This document shows positions 47,692-57,638 of a DNA stretch of 64,000 bases, piece by piece. The DNA lies in assembly GCA_039030515.1 (NCBI GenBank), contig JBCCEA010000015.1:1-64000 (forward strand). Direction: 5' to 3'. The position numbers and the translations under genes are program-made. The notes below the pieces were generated by a model. The model was not told the DNA's origin, did no database searches, and was given only the letters and a program-made list of their open reading frames with translations. The DNA comes from Myxococcota bacterium. Its GTDB lineage: Bacteria; Myxococcota_A; Polyangia; Polyangiales; Houyiibacteriaceae. Position 1 is the first letter of the stretch. The number at the start of each line of letters is the position of its first letter.

Positions 47692-48708
47692 ATGATGTCG
47701 ACCGACGTTCGAGCCATTAACGACATGGTCAAACGCGAAAGCGTGTTCATCGAAACCATTTTGCACGAAGTACGTAAGGTAGTTGTCGGGCAGGACACGA
47801 TGGTGCAGCGCATATTGATAGGTCTGCTCACCGGAGGCCACGTGTTGCTCGAGGGAGTACCCGGTCTTGCCAAGACACTCACCTGCAATACCCTTTGCGA
47901 CACGATTCAGGGGCAGTTTTCGAGAATTCAGTTCACGCCGGACCTTCTGCCCGCAGACGTGGTGGGGACTGTGATCTACAGCCAAAGGACGGGCGACTTT
48001 ACCCCTCGCCGCGGGCCGATTTTTGCAAACCTAGTGCTTGCGGACGAGATCAACCGAGCGCCGGCGAAAGTACAAAGCGCCCTGCTCGAGGCGATGCAAG
48101 AGCAGCAGGTAACCATCGGCGATACCACCCATCGACTCGAGCCTCCTTTTATGGTCATGGCAACCCAGAATCCGATCGAGCAAGAGGGGACCTATCCCCT
48201 CGCGGAGGCACAGCTCGACCGGTTTATGCTCCATGTCCGCGTAGGCTATCCGTCCAAAGCGCAGGAGCGGGAAGTGATGGAGAAGATCGCCGACCACAGC
48301 CTGCTTGGAGACGACGCCGGCGCCACGTTGAAAGCCAATAAGGTCGCCTCTCTTTCACAGCTGATCGAAGCGCGAAAGGTGATCGGGCATGTCTACGTGG
48401 ACGAGCGCATCAAGGACTACATCGTCGAAGTGGTTGCAGCGACGCGCGACCCCGAGCAGGCGGGCCTTAAGGACCTCAGCGATATGGTGGCCAATGGAGC
48501 CTCACCGCGGGCATCGATCGCGCTGAATATCGCGTCTCGGGCGCACGCATTTATCGAGCGAAGAGGGTTTGTCACTCCCGAGGACGTCAAAGCGGTGGGA
48601 CCTGACGTTCTCAGACACCGGCTCGTTCGAACCTACGAAGCGGAAGCCGAGGAAGTCACGAACGAACAGCTGGTCCGGCGCATTTTCGAAGCGATCGAAG
48701 TTCCTTGA
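47692..48708 (+). CDS. moxR: MoxR-family AAA+ ATPase
   Basis: HVLLEGVPGLAKT, RIQFTPDLLPAD, LADEINRAPAKVQSALLEAM, ATQNPIEQEGTYPL and GASPRA. Confidence 0.97.
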   Translation: MMSTDVRAINDMVKRESVFIETILHEVRKVVVGQDTMVQRILIGLLTGGHVLLEGVPGLAKTLTCNTLCDTIQGQFSRIQFTPDLLPADVVGTVIYSQRTGDFTPRRGPIFANLVLADEINRAPAKVQSALLEAMQEQQVTIGDTTHRLEPPFMVMATQNPIEQEGTYPLAEAQLDRFMLHVRVGYPSKAQEREVMEKIADHSLLGDDAGATLKANKVASLSQLIEARKVIGHVYVDERIKDYIVEVVAATRDPEQAGLKDLSDMVANGASPRASIALNIASRAHAFIERRGFVTPEDVKAVGPDVLRHRLVRTYEAEAEEVTNEQLVRRIFEAIEVP

Positions 48709-48769
48709 ACCCGATCGCGTGTCTCCGAGGCGTTCGGATTTCCTCGGCTTCGGATGAGAGATATCCAGC

Positions 48770-49657
48770 ATGATCTCACGCAAACTCCTCAAGAAACTGC
48801 GCAAGATCGAAATCCAGACCTCACGTCTGGCAAACGACCAGCTCGCAGGGAGCTATCACTCGGTCTTCAAGGGCCGCGGAATGGCGTTTAGCGAAGTACG
48901 CCAGTACCAGCCCGGCGACGACGTGCGGTTCATCGACCGGAACGTCAGCGCACGTATGCAGGACCCGTACGTAAAGGTCTTCGTTGAGGAGCGGGAAGTC
49001 ACCGTCATGCTGCTCGTGGATCTCTCTGGGAGCGAACGCTTCGAGTCGGACGGCAGTCCGAAAATCGACACGGTGGCGGAGGTGGCTGCGCTACTCGCGT
49101 TTAGCGCAAACAAGAACAACGACCGAGTCGGCCTGATACTGTTTACCGATCGGATTGAGCGCTTCGTTCCCGCCAAAAAAGGACGCGGACATGTCATGCG
49201 GATCGTCACGGAGATCCTGAATGCGAAGCCGGAGGGAACCAAGACCGACCTCGCCGCACCTCTCGATCTTCTGGGCAGTGTCGCCAAGCGACGCTCGGTG
49301 GCCTTCTTGGTAAGCGACTTTATCGCGGACGATTGGGAACACTCGCTTCGCGTGGTCGCGAGGAAACACGATCTCATCCCGGTCCAGGTAGTCGACCCCC
49401 GGGAGGAAGCGCTGCCGGACGTAGGTCTCGCCCTGATGGAGGACTTGGAGTCGGGAGAGGTCTTCGAGGTAGACACCAGCGATCCGGTTGCACGCCGCGC
49501 ATACGCTCAAACGTTTGACGAACAAAAGATCAGCCGCGAGCAGCTCTTTCGGCGCCTACGCGTCGATCACGTCGTGATACGGACCGACAAACCTCACGTG
49601 CAGCCGATCGTGGAGCTGTTCCGGCGACGCGAACGACGTTTGAGAGGGTATCGATGA
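48770..49657 (+). CDS. DUF58 (VWA-like) protein
   Basis: G.YHS.FKGRG..F.EVR.Y.PGDD.R.ID.NV.AR, DLSGS and SDF. Confidence 0.95.
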   Translation: MISRKLLKKLRKIEIQTSRLANDQLAGSYHSVFKGRGMAFSEVRQYQPGDDVRFIDRNVSARMQDPYVKVFVEEREVTVMLLVDLSGSERFESDGSPKIDTVAEVAALLAFSANKNNDRVGLILFTDRIERFVPAKKGRGHVMRIVTEILNAKPEGTKTDLAAPLDLLGSVAKRRSVAFLVSDFIADDWEHSLRVVARKHDLIPVQVVDPREEALPDVGLALMEDLESGEVFEVDTSDPVARRAYAQTFDEQKISREQLFRRLRVDHVVIRTDKPHVQPIVELFRRRERRLRGYR

Positions 49658-50874
49658 CGGTCGATATCACCCGGCCACACGATCCAATCCCGTTATCCGG
49701 TGTGAGTGCTTTGCGTTCCTGCGTGAGGCCCGAAGCCCTCTACATCACCGCGGTGATCTTCCTCTGCTCCATCGCGAACGGCGGTAGCGTTCACTCTGCC
49801 GTTGCCCAATCGCCCGTCGCAAAACCAGACGGGACGGATCGCGCAGGCGAGACCGTTCAAACCGATGCGGTGGATCGAGTCGAGGGCAACCTGCCAAAGG
49901 AGCGCCTACCTACGGTTGAAGTCACGCTAAAGCCTCGCGCAGGCTGGCTTTTGGGTGAAGTTGCAACCTTGAGTATCACCGCGGAAATCTCCGAAACCGA
50001 TGAAGTTGCCGTGCCTGCGGAAACCACGCTCGATCCCTTTTTCATCCTGGATCGACGCTCTCGAGTGATCCCGAGTGCGCCCGGCAAACACCGCTATGAG
50101 TTTTCCATCGAGCTCCTGGCCGAGGAGCCTGGTGCGCACGAGATCCCGTCGATCAAACTGCGGATCGTCACCGGAGACAATCTGATCGGACTGGTCCGGA
50201 CCGAGCCTATCGCGGTGCGTATCGAGTCCGTTCTAGGAAACGAGCCAAACGCTGAGCCAAAGCCACCTACCGGACCGGTTGTGGTGATGCAGCGTGATCT
50301 CACTCTGGTGTGGGTTGGAGTCTTCGCGCTCGTGATCGCGATCACCGCGATCTGCTCCATCTTCCTATTCAGGTGGTGGCAGCGAAGACCGAAAAAGGAA
50401 GCCCCTCCGCCTCGCCAGCGGCCTCCCTGGGACATTGCACTGGAACGCTTGCATGCCCTCGAGCAGCAGCGCGAAACGATGTTTTCCGGTGGCCGTGCGG
50501 TCGAATGGGTCGACGGGGTTTCGGACGCGCTGCGGCAGTGTTTGGGCGTCCGGTATGGATTTGATGGACTCGAAAGCACTACCGACGAGGTGGTGGGACA
50601 GCTGCGTTCAAAGCGTCCTGCCGGAGTCGGCCTCGAACACATCGAGCTATTGCTCAGTGAATGCGATCTCATCAAGTTCGCGAGTGCCGCTGTGGACGCG
50701 GAGGAGGGCAAGCGGCTCTTTGAAAGCGCCCGAGAGATCGTAGAACATACCCGAGTGGACGGATCTGCCGAACAACCCGGCGTCCGGTCAGAGCTGGACC
50801 TAGACCCGGCATCTCAGTCTTCACCGCTTGAAACCCCTGATTCGAAACATCGTCCGCTCGGAGAAGACGCATGA
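49654..50874 (+). CDS. Bat-operon membrane protein (Ig-like domain + TM + DUF4381-like helical domain)
   Basis: Signal-like N-terminus, beta-rich domain, TM, PP..IAL..L, LESTTDE and DLIKFA. Located between DUF58 and batA. Confidence 0.8.
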   Translation: MTVDITRPHDPIPLSGVSALRSCVRPEALYITAVIFLCSIANGGSVHSAVAQSPVAKPDGTDRAGETVQTDAVDRVEGNLPKERLPTVEVTLKPRAGWLLGEVATLSITAEISETDEVAVPAETTLDPFFILDRRSRVIPSAPGKHRYEFSIELLAEEPGAHEIPSIKLRIVTGDNLIGLVRTEPIAVRIESVLGNEPNAEPKPPTGPVVVMQRDLTLVWVGVFALVIAITAICSIFLFRWWQRRPKKEAPPPRQRPPWDIALERLHALEQQRETMFSGGRAVEWVDGVSDALRQCLGVRYGFDGLESTTDEVVGQLRSKRPAGVGLEHIELLLSECDLIKFASAAVDAEEGKRLFESAREIVEHTRVDGSAEQPGVRSELDLDPASQSSPLETPDSKHRPLGEDA

Positions 50875-52148
50875 GGGGGGTGGGCAGTTCGAGAGCGGCA
50901 CCATCGCGACGCAGCATCCGCGGCATGCTGGTACGGCTCGGACACATCATTTATCCGATCCTCTCGCTTGCGATCGGATTCTACCTGGTGTTCGGACTCT
51001 TGGAGGCCTGGTACGGCCAGCGAATCAGCCCCCAAAGCTGGTGGCTTTCTCTACGTCAAAACCTCTTTGAAGGTCTTGGTTTTGACGTAGAGCCGCTCGG
51101 TGCCGGAACCGTTCGATTTGAACGTCCCTTCGCCGTCGTCCTCCTACTCGCCCCGCTGCTCGTCTGGATCGCGCAAGCTTATCTACATCGCTTCGAAGCG
51201 CCCAGACTCTTGATCAGCCGGGGCGCTGCGCTGAAGCCTCCCTATCCGATACAGAGTCCCTCAGAGAATTCCAGCTCCGGACAACCGCACTGGGGATATC
51301 GACTCGCGATGCGCGACCTGCCCTTGGGACTGAGGTTTGGCGCACTCGTACTCATCGTACTGGCACTGATGGGTCCCCAGAGCATTCATGCAAAAAGCAC
51401 CGCCTCGATCGAAGGGATCGACATCATGTTGACCCTCGACTTGAGTCTCTCGATGCAGGCAAGCGACATCGAGCCGAGCCGTTTCGAAGCGAGCAAGTAC
51501 GTGGTGGACGACTTCATCCGGCGAAGGCCCAACGACCGCATCGGTGCAGTGGTCTTTGGCCAGCAAGCCTACACCCTCCTGCCGCTGACGACCGACCGAC
51601 AGGCTTTAAGACAAACGATTGCAGAGCTGCAGCTCAATGTGATCGACGGCCGAGGGACAGCGATAGGGAATGCGGTAGGCACCTCCCTGAATCGGCTGCG
51701 ACGCTCTACGGCCGAAAGCAAAGTCGTCATCCTGCTCACGGACGGCAACTCGAACAGCGGCAACATCTCACCCGATCAGGCAGCGAGCTTCGCGGACACC
51801 ATGAACGTGCGGATATTTACCGTGCTGATGGGTCAGAACGACGAGGCTCCCGTACGCCGAGGCTTTGGCCTATTCGGCAATCCGATCCTCGACGTGGGGC
51901 ACTTTCCCGTAAACCCGGAGCTTCTCGAAGACATGGCGAAGATCACGGGTGGCGCTCATTTCCACGTCAGCGACCGCCAAGGACTGATCCGCAGTTTTCA
52001 TCAAATCCTCGACGAGCTTGAGCGGAGCCACATCGAGGACCAAGGGCGCGTCTATAGCGAGCTTTTCCCCGCCTTTCTCACTTCTGCACTCATTCTTCTG
52101 ATGATGGAGCTGCTCTTGCGAACCCTCTTGCTGAGAAGATGGCCATGA
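50871..52148 (+). CDS. batA: BatA-like VWA-domain membrane protein
   Basis: F..P..L.LL N-terminal motif, EGIDIMLTLDLSLSM (MIDAS), DRIG.V.F, PLTTD, GTAIG and LLTDG. Confidence 0.9.
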   Translation: MRGVGSSRAAPSRRSIRGMLVRLGHIIYPILSLAIGFYLVFGLLEAWYGQRISPQSWWLSLRQNLFEGLGFDVEPLGAGTVRFERPFAVVLLLAPLLVWIAQAYLHRFEAPRLLISRGAALKPPYPIQSPSENSSSGQPHWGYRLAMRDLPLGLRFGALVLIVLALMGPQSIHAKSTASIEGIDIMLTLDLSLSMQASDIEPSRFEASKYVVDDFIRRRPNDRIGAVVFGQQAYTLLPLTTDRQALRQTIAELQLNVIDGRGTAIGNAVGTSLNRLRRSTAESKVVILLTDGNSNSGNISPDQAASFADTMNVRIFTVLMGQNDEAPVRRGFGLFGNPILDVGHFPVNPELLEDMAKITGGAHFHVSDRQGLIRSFHQILDELERSHIEDQGRVYSELFPAFLTSALILLMMELLLRTLLLRRWP

Positions 52149-53218
52149 GCTGGTCCAATCCCGAGATGCTTTGGTGGCTGATGCTCGTTCCAATCTGTTT
52201 CGCGCTCTTCCTGACGGAGGGAGTTTGGCGAATGCGAGCGTTGAAGCGCTTTGGAACCTCCGCCTTGAACGGATCGATCCTGCGCGGCGCTCACGGGACA
52301 ACGCTGCGGATCCTGCAAGCGACGCTCTTCACGTCCGCGTCCTTCCTGCTTGTGCTTTCCCTCACTGGACCGCAATACGGCAGCCGAACTCAGCTCTTGC
52401 GCAAAGAGGGCATCGATATTGTCATCGCGCTCGATTTCTCGAAAAGCATGCTGGCAACGGATGTTCGACCCAGCCGGATCGACCGAGCCAAAGCGGAGAT
52501 CGCTAAGTTCATCAGCGAGCTCGGAGGAGATCGCGTCGGCATCGTTACCTTCGCGGGGGAGACCATGGAGTTTCCAATGACGGTCGATTACGCATCACTG
52601 GCGCTCTACCTTCGGTCTATCGGTCCAAGCGACATGCCGGTCGGAGGAACGGCGATCGGCCGGGCACTCATCGCGAGTCAAAGACTGCTCGCCCGAGCGA
52701 CAACTCGGGACTCCACAGGGCAAGAGGCAGACGCCGAGAGTAAACGTGCCCAAATCGTCGTTTTGTTTACCGACGGCGAGGACCACGAGGGGGATCCGAT
52801 CAAGGCGGCTCGGGAGCTCTCAGCCTCGGGCATTCGCCTCTACACCGTGGGCATCGGTTCACGAACCGGAGAGACGATTCCGACCTACGATCCTTCCGGC
52901 AATTTCACGGGATGGCTGCGCGACGGCAACGGGGAGCAGGTGCTCACCGCCCTCACCAGCGAGAACGAAGCTGCGCTCCAAGAGATGGCAGAACTCACCG
53001 GCGGCCGGTATTTTCGGGCTCGCCGCGGTGGAGTGGGGATCGACTCGGTGCGTCAGGAGATGCGTCAAATGAAGCAAGGAGAGCAAATCGCTCGTCGGGT
53101 CACCGTGCACGAATCGCGATTTGCCTTGGCGCTGCTGCCTGCTTTTCTTCTTTTCGTCCTTGAGGGCCTGCTCCCGCACGCACGATTCCGTCCTCGAATG
53201 CAGGAGCGCAAACGCTGA
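52145..53218 (+). CDS. batB: BatB-like VWA-domain membrane protein
   Basis: GPQYG, GIDIVIALDFSKSMLATDV.PSR, P.T.DY, GTAIG and TDGEDH. Confidence 0.9.
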   Translation: MSWSNPEMLWWLMLVPICFALFLTEGVWRMRALKRFGTSALNGSILRGAHGTTLRILQATLFTSASFLLVLSLTGPQYGSRTQLLRKEGIDIVIALDFSKSMLATDVRPSRIDRAKAEIAKFISELGGDRVGIVTFAGETMEFPMTVDYASLALYLRSIGPSDMPVGGTAIGRALIASQRLLARATTRDSTGQEADAESKRAQIVVLFTDGEDHEGDPIKAARELSASGIRLYTVGIGSRTGETIPTYDPSGNFTGWLRDGNGEQVLTALTSENEAALQEMAELTGGRYFRARRGGVGIDSVRQEMRQMKQGEQIARRVTVHESRFALALLPAFLLFVLEGLLPHARFRPRMQERKR

Positions 53219-54102
53219 TGCTCCGCGGATTCTCGATTTGGACAGGCAAACCCCGCCGAAAAGCAAGCCTCTTGAACGCGAGCATCCCCTGGATCGTCGC
53301 GGGTCAAGTGTTCCTTCACGTATCTATCGCCCACGCCTGGGATCCACTTCTGAGGGAGCAGCCCGATGTCTCGATAGGCAACGAGGCCCTGAGTGCCGGA
53401 GACCATACGGCAGCGATCGAAGCTTATGATAGAGCCGCAGCAGCTCTGCCGGGTCATCCCGGGGTTGCGCTCAATCGCGGACTGACCCTTTTAAAGGCAG
53501 GAGACCTGAGTGCCGCCAAACAAGCCTTCCTCTCCGCTACCGAAGCAGAGGACGACGAGAGGCTGCGGGCAGACGCCTACTACAACCTGGGTCTAGCCTT
53601 CTATCATGAAGGCGACGCCGCCGCGGAAACGGGGGATCACGCACGTTCTCAGGAGCACTTCCGCGATGCGATCGATGCCTTTCGTCGTGCGCTTCGAGCG
53701 CGACCCGGAACCCCGAATGCCACCTGGAATCTGGCGCTGACGCTTCGAAGGCTTCGCGAAGAGCAAGACCAGCAAGAACAGCAGGACCAGCAAGAACAGC
53801 AGGACCAGCAAGAACAGCAGGACCAGCAAGAACAGCAGGACCAGCAAGAACAGCAGGACCAGCAAGAACAGCAGGACCAGCAAGGACAGCAGGACCAGCA
53901 GGACCAGCAGGACCAGCAGAACCAGCAGGATGAGCAGGACCAGCGAGAGCAGGCAAGCGAGGCAACCACCGATAGCGAAACACTGCCACCGCAAGTCCGC
54001 CGGACTTTGGATGCTTTAGAGGATCAAGAGGAGAACCTGGCGCGCGCGAGGGCCCGGGCGCGTGCGGCTCGAGAGAATCGGCGCGTCCTTCAGGACTGGT
54101 AA
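53218..54102 (+). CDS. batC: BatC-like TPR protein with a Q/D/E repeat linker
   Basis: TPRs (GN.A...G....AI.AY, YYNLG, ALR.RP....A.WNL), (QDQQEQ)n, LDAL...E and terminal QDW. Confidence 0.88.
   Translation: MLRGFSIWTGKPRRKASLLNASIPWIVAGQVFLHVSIAHAWDPLLREQPDVSIGNEALSAGDHTAAIEAYDRAAAALPGHPGVALNRGLTLLKAGDLSAAKQAFLSATEAEDDERLRADAYYNLGLAFYHEGDAAAETGDHARSQEHFRDAIDAFRRALRARPGTPNATWNLALTLRRLREEQDQQEQQDQQEQQDQQEQQDQQEQQDQQEQQDQQEQQDQQGQQDQQDQQDQQNQQDEQDQREQASEATTDSETLPPQVRRTLDALEDQEENLARARARARAARENRRVLQDW
53764..53950. repeat. In-frame 18-bp VNTR gaccagcaagaacagcag (6 perfect units plus degenerate 18- and 9-bp units)
   Basis: Perfect units 53767-53874, a one-mismatch unit 53875-53892, then gaccagcag-type 9-mers. 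Confidence 0.97.
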
Positions 54103-54105
54103 TCG

Positions 54106-56067
54106 ATGCACTCCACCCCAAGCTGCGCCCTACTGCGCTCCACATTCCTCAGAATCGCCGGCGCATGGGCGCTCACCATTGCGGCATGGCAGCCAGGTTC
54201 GGCGGAGGCGCAGAGCGTGACGGTGCACATGGAGGCGAGTGCCGTCGAGGTTCCCGTGGGAACGCCATTCATCCTCCAGCTCGAGATAAGTGCAGAGGGG
54301 GCGAGGATCGACTCGATTCGTGAGCCCGACCTGCAGGGACTGGGTCTAGAGATCCTACAGCGCAGACATACCCAACCCAGCAGCTTTAGCTTTAGCTTTG
54401 GGGGACGCAGTCAGTACGTGTCGATGAAGCGAATCGTTTCGTACCAGGTGCGGTCGAACCAACCCGGAACGTTGGTGATCCCCCCGGTAACCGCAAGGGT
54501 AGGAGGTGCCGAGTTTCAGAGTGAGCCGCTCAGGCTGACGATTCTCGGCGATCCGGCGAAACCTGCGACCGAGGACACCTTCACCGCAAAGACATCGCAA
54601 AACGCCGAGCCGCAGTCCAAACGCGATCGTCCGGCAGCCGTATCGAGCGATTTCGACCCCCAAGGGTTCATTCGAACCGAAGTAGACATCGGCGACCCTT
54701 TCGTCGGGGAACAAACGACGATGACGGTCACTCTCTTTGCCGCAGTGCCGCTGTTCGATCCTAGTTTGCTTCGGGAGCCCACTGCAGACGGTTTCTGGAC
54801 CCAAGATCTACTCGGACCCAACCACCGACAGGCCCTGCGCGAAACCGTAGTGCAGGGACGCAAGTTCTACGCGGTCACCCTGAAGAAATGGGCACTTTTC
54901 CCCTTGCGAGAGGGCCCGCTCACCATTCGTGGGGTGGAGATTCGCTATGGAGACCGCTCGACCTTCCCTCCCGGAACCCGAACCACCCGAGGCGAGGACC
55001 TCACCATCGTCGCCAAACCCCTACCCCAGACGACATCGACCAAAGTGGTCGTCGGAAGGTTCACGATTTCAAGTCAGCTCGACAGGAATCAAGCACCTAC
55101 CGGAGACGCGGTCACCCTCACCGCCCAGGTACGTGCGATTCGCGGCAACGTTCGAGATGCGCGGCTCAGCTTGCCGGTTCGTGACGGCCTGCGCATTTTG
55201 GAGCCGGAGGTTCATCACGAAATTACCCGCGACGGTGAGAGCGTGGGAGGCACCTCCAAATGGACCTGGCTGGTCGTACCAGAGCGAGAAGGCACGTACG
55301 TTTTCGAACCCTTCGAACTGAGCGTATTCGATCCCGACTCCGGCACTTTTAGCGCTGTCGCCGGTGACCGATTGGAACTCCTCGCAGTGGGAGCCGACCT
55401 CACCAGTCCGCCCGAGGATACCGAGAGTGAAACGCCCGAGCGCGCTACGAGAGCATCCTCGACCAACTTTGGGCCCGTGCGAACCGAAACCTCTTTTGAA
55501 CGCAGTTCCTCTCGTCTCATCGAGGCATCCTGGTTTGTACCTGCACTGGTGCTCGGACCGATGCTGCTCTTGAGTATCACCGGTTGGCGCTCTCTGCATG
55601 GATGGCTCCAGTCTCGGCGTCAAGAAATCAAAAAGCGAGAGACAGAGCTGATACGCATCGCCGAGCGGCATATGCAACAAGCGGAAAAATATATGGAACA
55701 GGCCAAAAAGCGGGCCGCATCATCGCAAAACAGTCCCATCTCGGAGGATCACGACACGGGTCAATTTTATCGTGAACTCACTTTGGGAATACTTCGGACA
55801 GTCGAATCGAAACTAGGAGAACCCTTTTTGGGCGCGCTGCGTTCTGAACTACGAACCCGACTGCTGGAGGCTAAAATGGAGGCAACGCTCACTTTGCAGC
55901 TCGTGGAGGATCTCGAGCATATGGAGCAAGCCCGATTTAGCCTGCATGAATTCAACTTCGAAGCGCAGCAGGCGCTGATGCAGCGAGCCAAGGTGTACGT
56001 TCAAGCGGTGCGCGCTCTGGATGTCGGCACAGCCCCGGCGTCCCTCACCGCAAGCGCGGGGGGCTAG
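54106..56067 (+). CDS. batD: BatD-like exported multi-Ig-domain protein
   Basis: Signal peptide (AEA-Q), three repeated beta domains (G...IPP, VGEQ...ALFP...G.LTI, VG.F...GD.VTL...FDP), TM and a helical tail. Confidence 0.85.
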   Translation: MHSTPSCALLRSTFLRIAGAWALTIAAWQPGSAEAQSVTVHMEASAVEVPVGTPFILQLEISAEGARIDSIREPDLQGLGLEILQRRHTQPSSFSFSFGGRSQYVSMKRIVSYQVRSNQPGTLVIPPVTARVGGAEFQSEPLRLTILGDPAKPATEDTFTAKTSQNAEPQSKRDRPAAVSSDFDPQGFIRTEVDIGDPFVGEQTTMTVTLFAAVPLFDPSLLREPTADGFWTQDLLGPNHRQALRETVVQGRKFYAVTLKKWALFPLREGPLTIRGVEIRYGDRSTFPPGTRTTRGEDLTIVAKPLPQTTSTKVVVGRFTISSQLDRNQAPTGDAVTLTAQVRAIRGNVRDARLSLPVRDGLRILEPEVHHEITRDGESVGGTSKWTWLVVPEREGTYVFEPFELSVFDPDSGTFSAVAGDRLELLAVGADLTSPPEDTESETPERATRASSTNFGPVRTETSFERSSSRLIEASWFVPALVLGPMLLLSITGWRSLHGWLQSRRQEIKKRETELIRIAERHMQQAEKYMEQAKKRAASSQNSPISEDHDTGQFYRELTLGILRTVESKLGEPFLGALRSELRTRLLEAKMEATLTLQLVEDLEHMEQARFSLHEFNFEAQQALMQRAKVYVQAVRALDVGTAPASLTASAGG

Positions 56068-56070
56068 AAG

Positions 56071-57033
56071 ATGCACGTGCAGTCCGTCGGGAGCGATGGT
56101 GTAGTTCGGGGGAGCGATGCCTCAGATGCACGGATCGAGAAGAAGACATGCAGGACTCCGGGTCGCTTGGCGGCGCTTTATTGGATGAAGTGGGGCTTGT
56201 CCTTAGCGACCTTTGTGCAGATGGTCCTCAGTAGCTCCCCTTCACAAGCCCAGTCGATGGAGGAGATCTTTCAAGCGGGCAATCAGGCCTTTTTCGACAA
56301 GCGATATGAAGACGCGCAGGCAGCGTATCAGGAGCTGATCGATTCTGGACTGCGAGACCCAAATATCGAGTTTAATCTCGGCGCCACCCTCGCGTCACTC
56401 GAGCAGTACGGTCGAGCGATTGCCCATTTCGAGCGGGCACTCTCGCTACAACCCGGCGACAGGGAAGCGCTACGCGACCTTCGCCATGCGAGACACGCCC
56501 TCTCGGAGCGAGGTCTCCACCGCAAAGCCCCGTCTCCATCGGATTCAGCCGAAGCGCAAAGCGTCAACGAGGAGTCTTCAAGTTCAGCGGTGGACGCAGA
56601 TTTCGTGATGGACTCGGGCGGGGACAGCGTCCATGCGATCACGCGCGGGATGCATCCGGACGCACTAGGACTCTCGCTACTCCTGCTGAGCTGGCTCGCA
56701 ACGGCCGCACTGATCGGTGGTCGATATGCTGCAAGACCCTCCGTGCGCCTAGGGCTCACCATCGGAGGAATTCTCAGCGTTCTCACGGCGAGTGCATCCG
56801 GAATACTTCTTCTTCTGCGGATAGGATTCTTCGATCCCGGCATGCGCGCGATCGTCGCGGAAGCGACCATCACCCGCAACGCACCCGATCCGCGTGCCGA
56901 ACAGCAGGCCACCGTGAGCGAGGGGAAATTAGTTTATTTGGCTCAAGAGCGCGGAGGATTCTATCAGCTCATCGCGGAAGATCAGGAGGTGGGCTGGGCC
57001 CCTACGGCACAAGTTGTGGCGATACAGCGTTGA
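56071..57033 (+). CDS. batE: BatE-like TPR + 2TM + SH3-like protein
   Basis: F..GN.AF....Y..A...Y, FNLG...G.AI..FERA..L.P.D, two TMs and EG..V...GW C-terminus. Confidence 0.85.
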   Translation: MHVQSVGSDGVVRGSDASDARIEKKTCRTPGRLAALYWMKWGLSLATFVQMVLSSSPSQAQSMEEIFQAGNQAFFDKRYEDAQAAYQELIDSGLRDPNIEFNLGATLASLEQYGRAIAHFERALSLQPGDREALRDLRHARHALSERGLHRKAPSPSDSAEAQSVNEESSSSAVDADFVMDSGGDSVHAITRGMHPDALGLSLLLLSWLATAALIGGRYAARPSVRLGLTIGGILSVLTASASGILLLLRIGFFDPGMRAIVAEATITRNAPDPRAEQQATVSEGKLVYLAQERGGFYQLIAEDQEVGWAPTAQVVAIQR

Positions 57034-57087
57034 CAAGTCACAAGCCCACAGATGACGATTCATTCCGGAATCGAGAGGCGTTGTACG

Positions 57088-57498
57088 ATGGCGAGCGAAA
57101 TAGGCGATCGATTGAAGATTCTGGTTGCCGATGATGACTTTGAAATCCTCGGTCTGTTGGTGCGACATCTGGAGAAACGGGATGTCCAAATATTGGAGGC
57201 ATCGGACGGGGAAGAAGCACTCGCGCTGACCAAGAGAGAAAAACCCTCCCTGGTCATCCTCGACGTGATGATGCCTGCGATGAGCGGTTGGGAAGTCTGT
57301 CGCGCCATCCGTGAGGACGTCGACCTTCAGGACATCGGGGTGCTCATGCTGACTGGAATCGGCGAACGTCTTAACGAGATGACTTCTCCTCTCTACGGGG
57401 CGGATGGTCATCTGGACAAGCCTTTCGACCTCGGTGATCTCGACGAGAAGGTCGAAGAACTTCTCTCGAAAAGAAACGAGCGGCCCGCAGCGGACTGA
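57088..57498 (+). CDS. Single-domain response regulator
   Basis: ILVADDD, LDVMMP.MSG, MLTG, GAD..L.KPF. No output domain. Confidence 0.93.
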   Translation: MASEIGDRLKILVADDDFEILGLLVRHLEKRDVQILEASDGEEALALTKREKPSLVILDVMMPAMSGWEVCRAIREDVDLQDIGVLMLTGIGERLNEMTSPLYGADGHLDKPFDLGDLDEKVEELLSKRNERPAAD

Positions 57499-57638
57499 AG
57501 GCCAAAAAAGCGTGCGACCCTCACGGTTGCCGCCAAGTTCGGGCCATGTTAACCCGGCCGTCGAACGCAGGACTTTGATTCTGTGTTCCCGTCGGTGCTC
57601 CTGTGGATCACACTACCGGATGCCCATTTGGACTGCCT

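Noticed and set aside
53537..54145. Antisense ORFs reading (CWSCCS)n, (LLVLLF)n and (GPAVLA)n, resembling a Cys-rich RiPP precursor or metallothionein
   Set aside because: They are reverse-frame translations of the batC QDQQEQ repeat; the sense gene has coherent TPR and xDW motifs.
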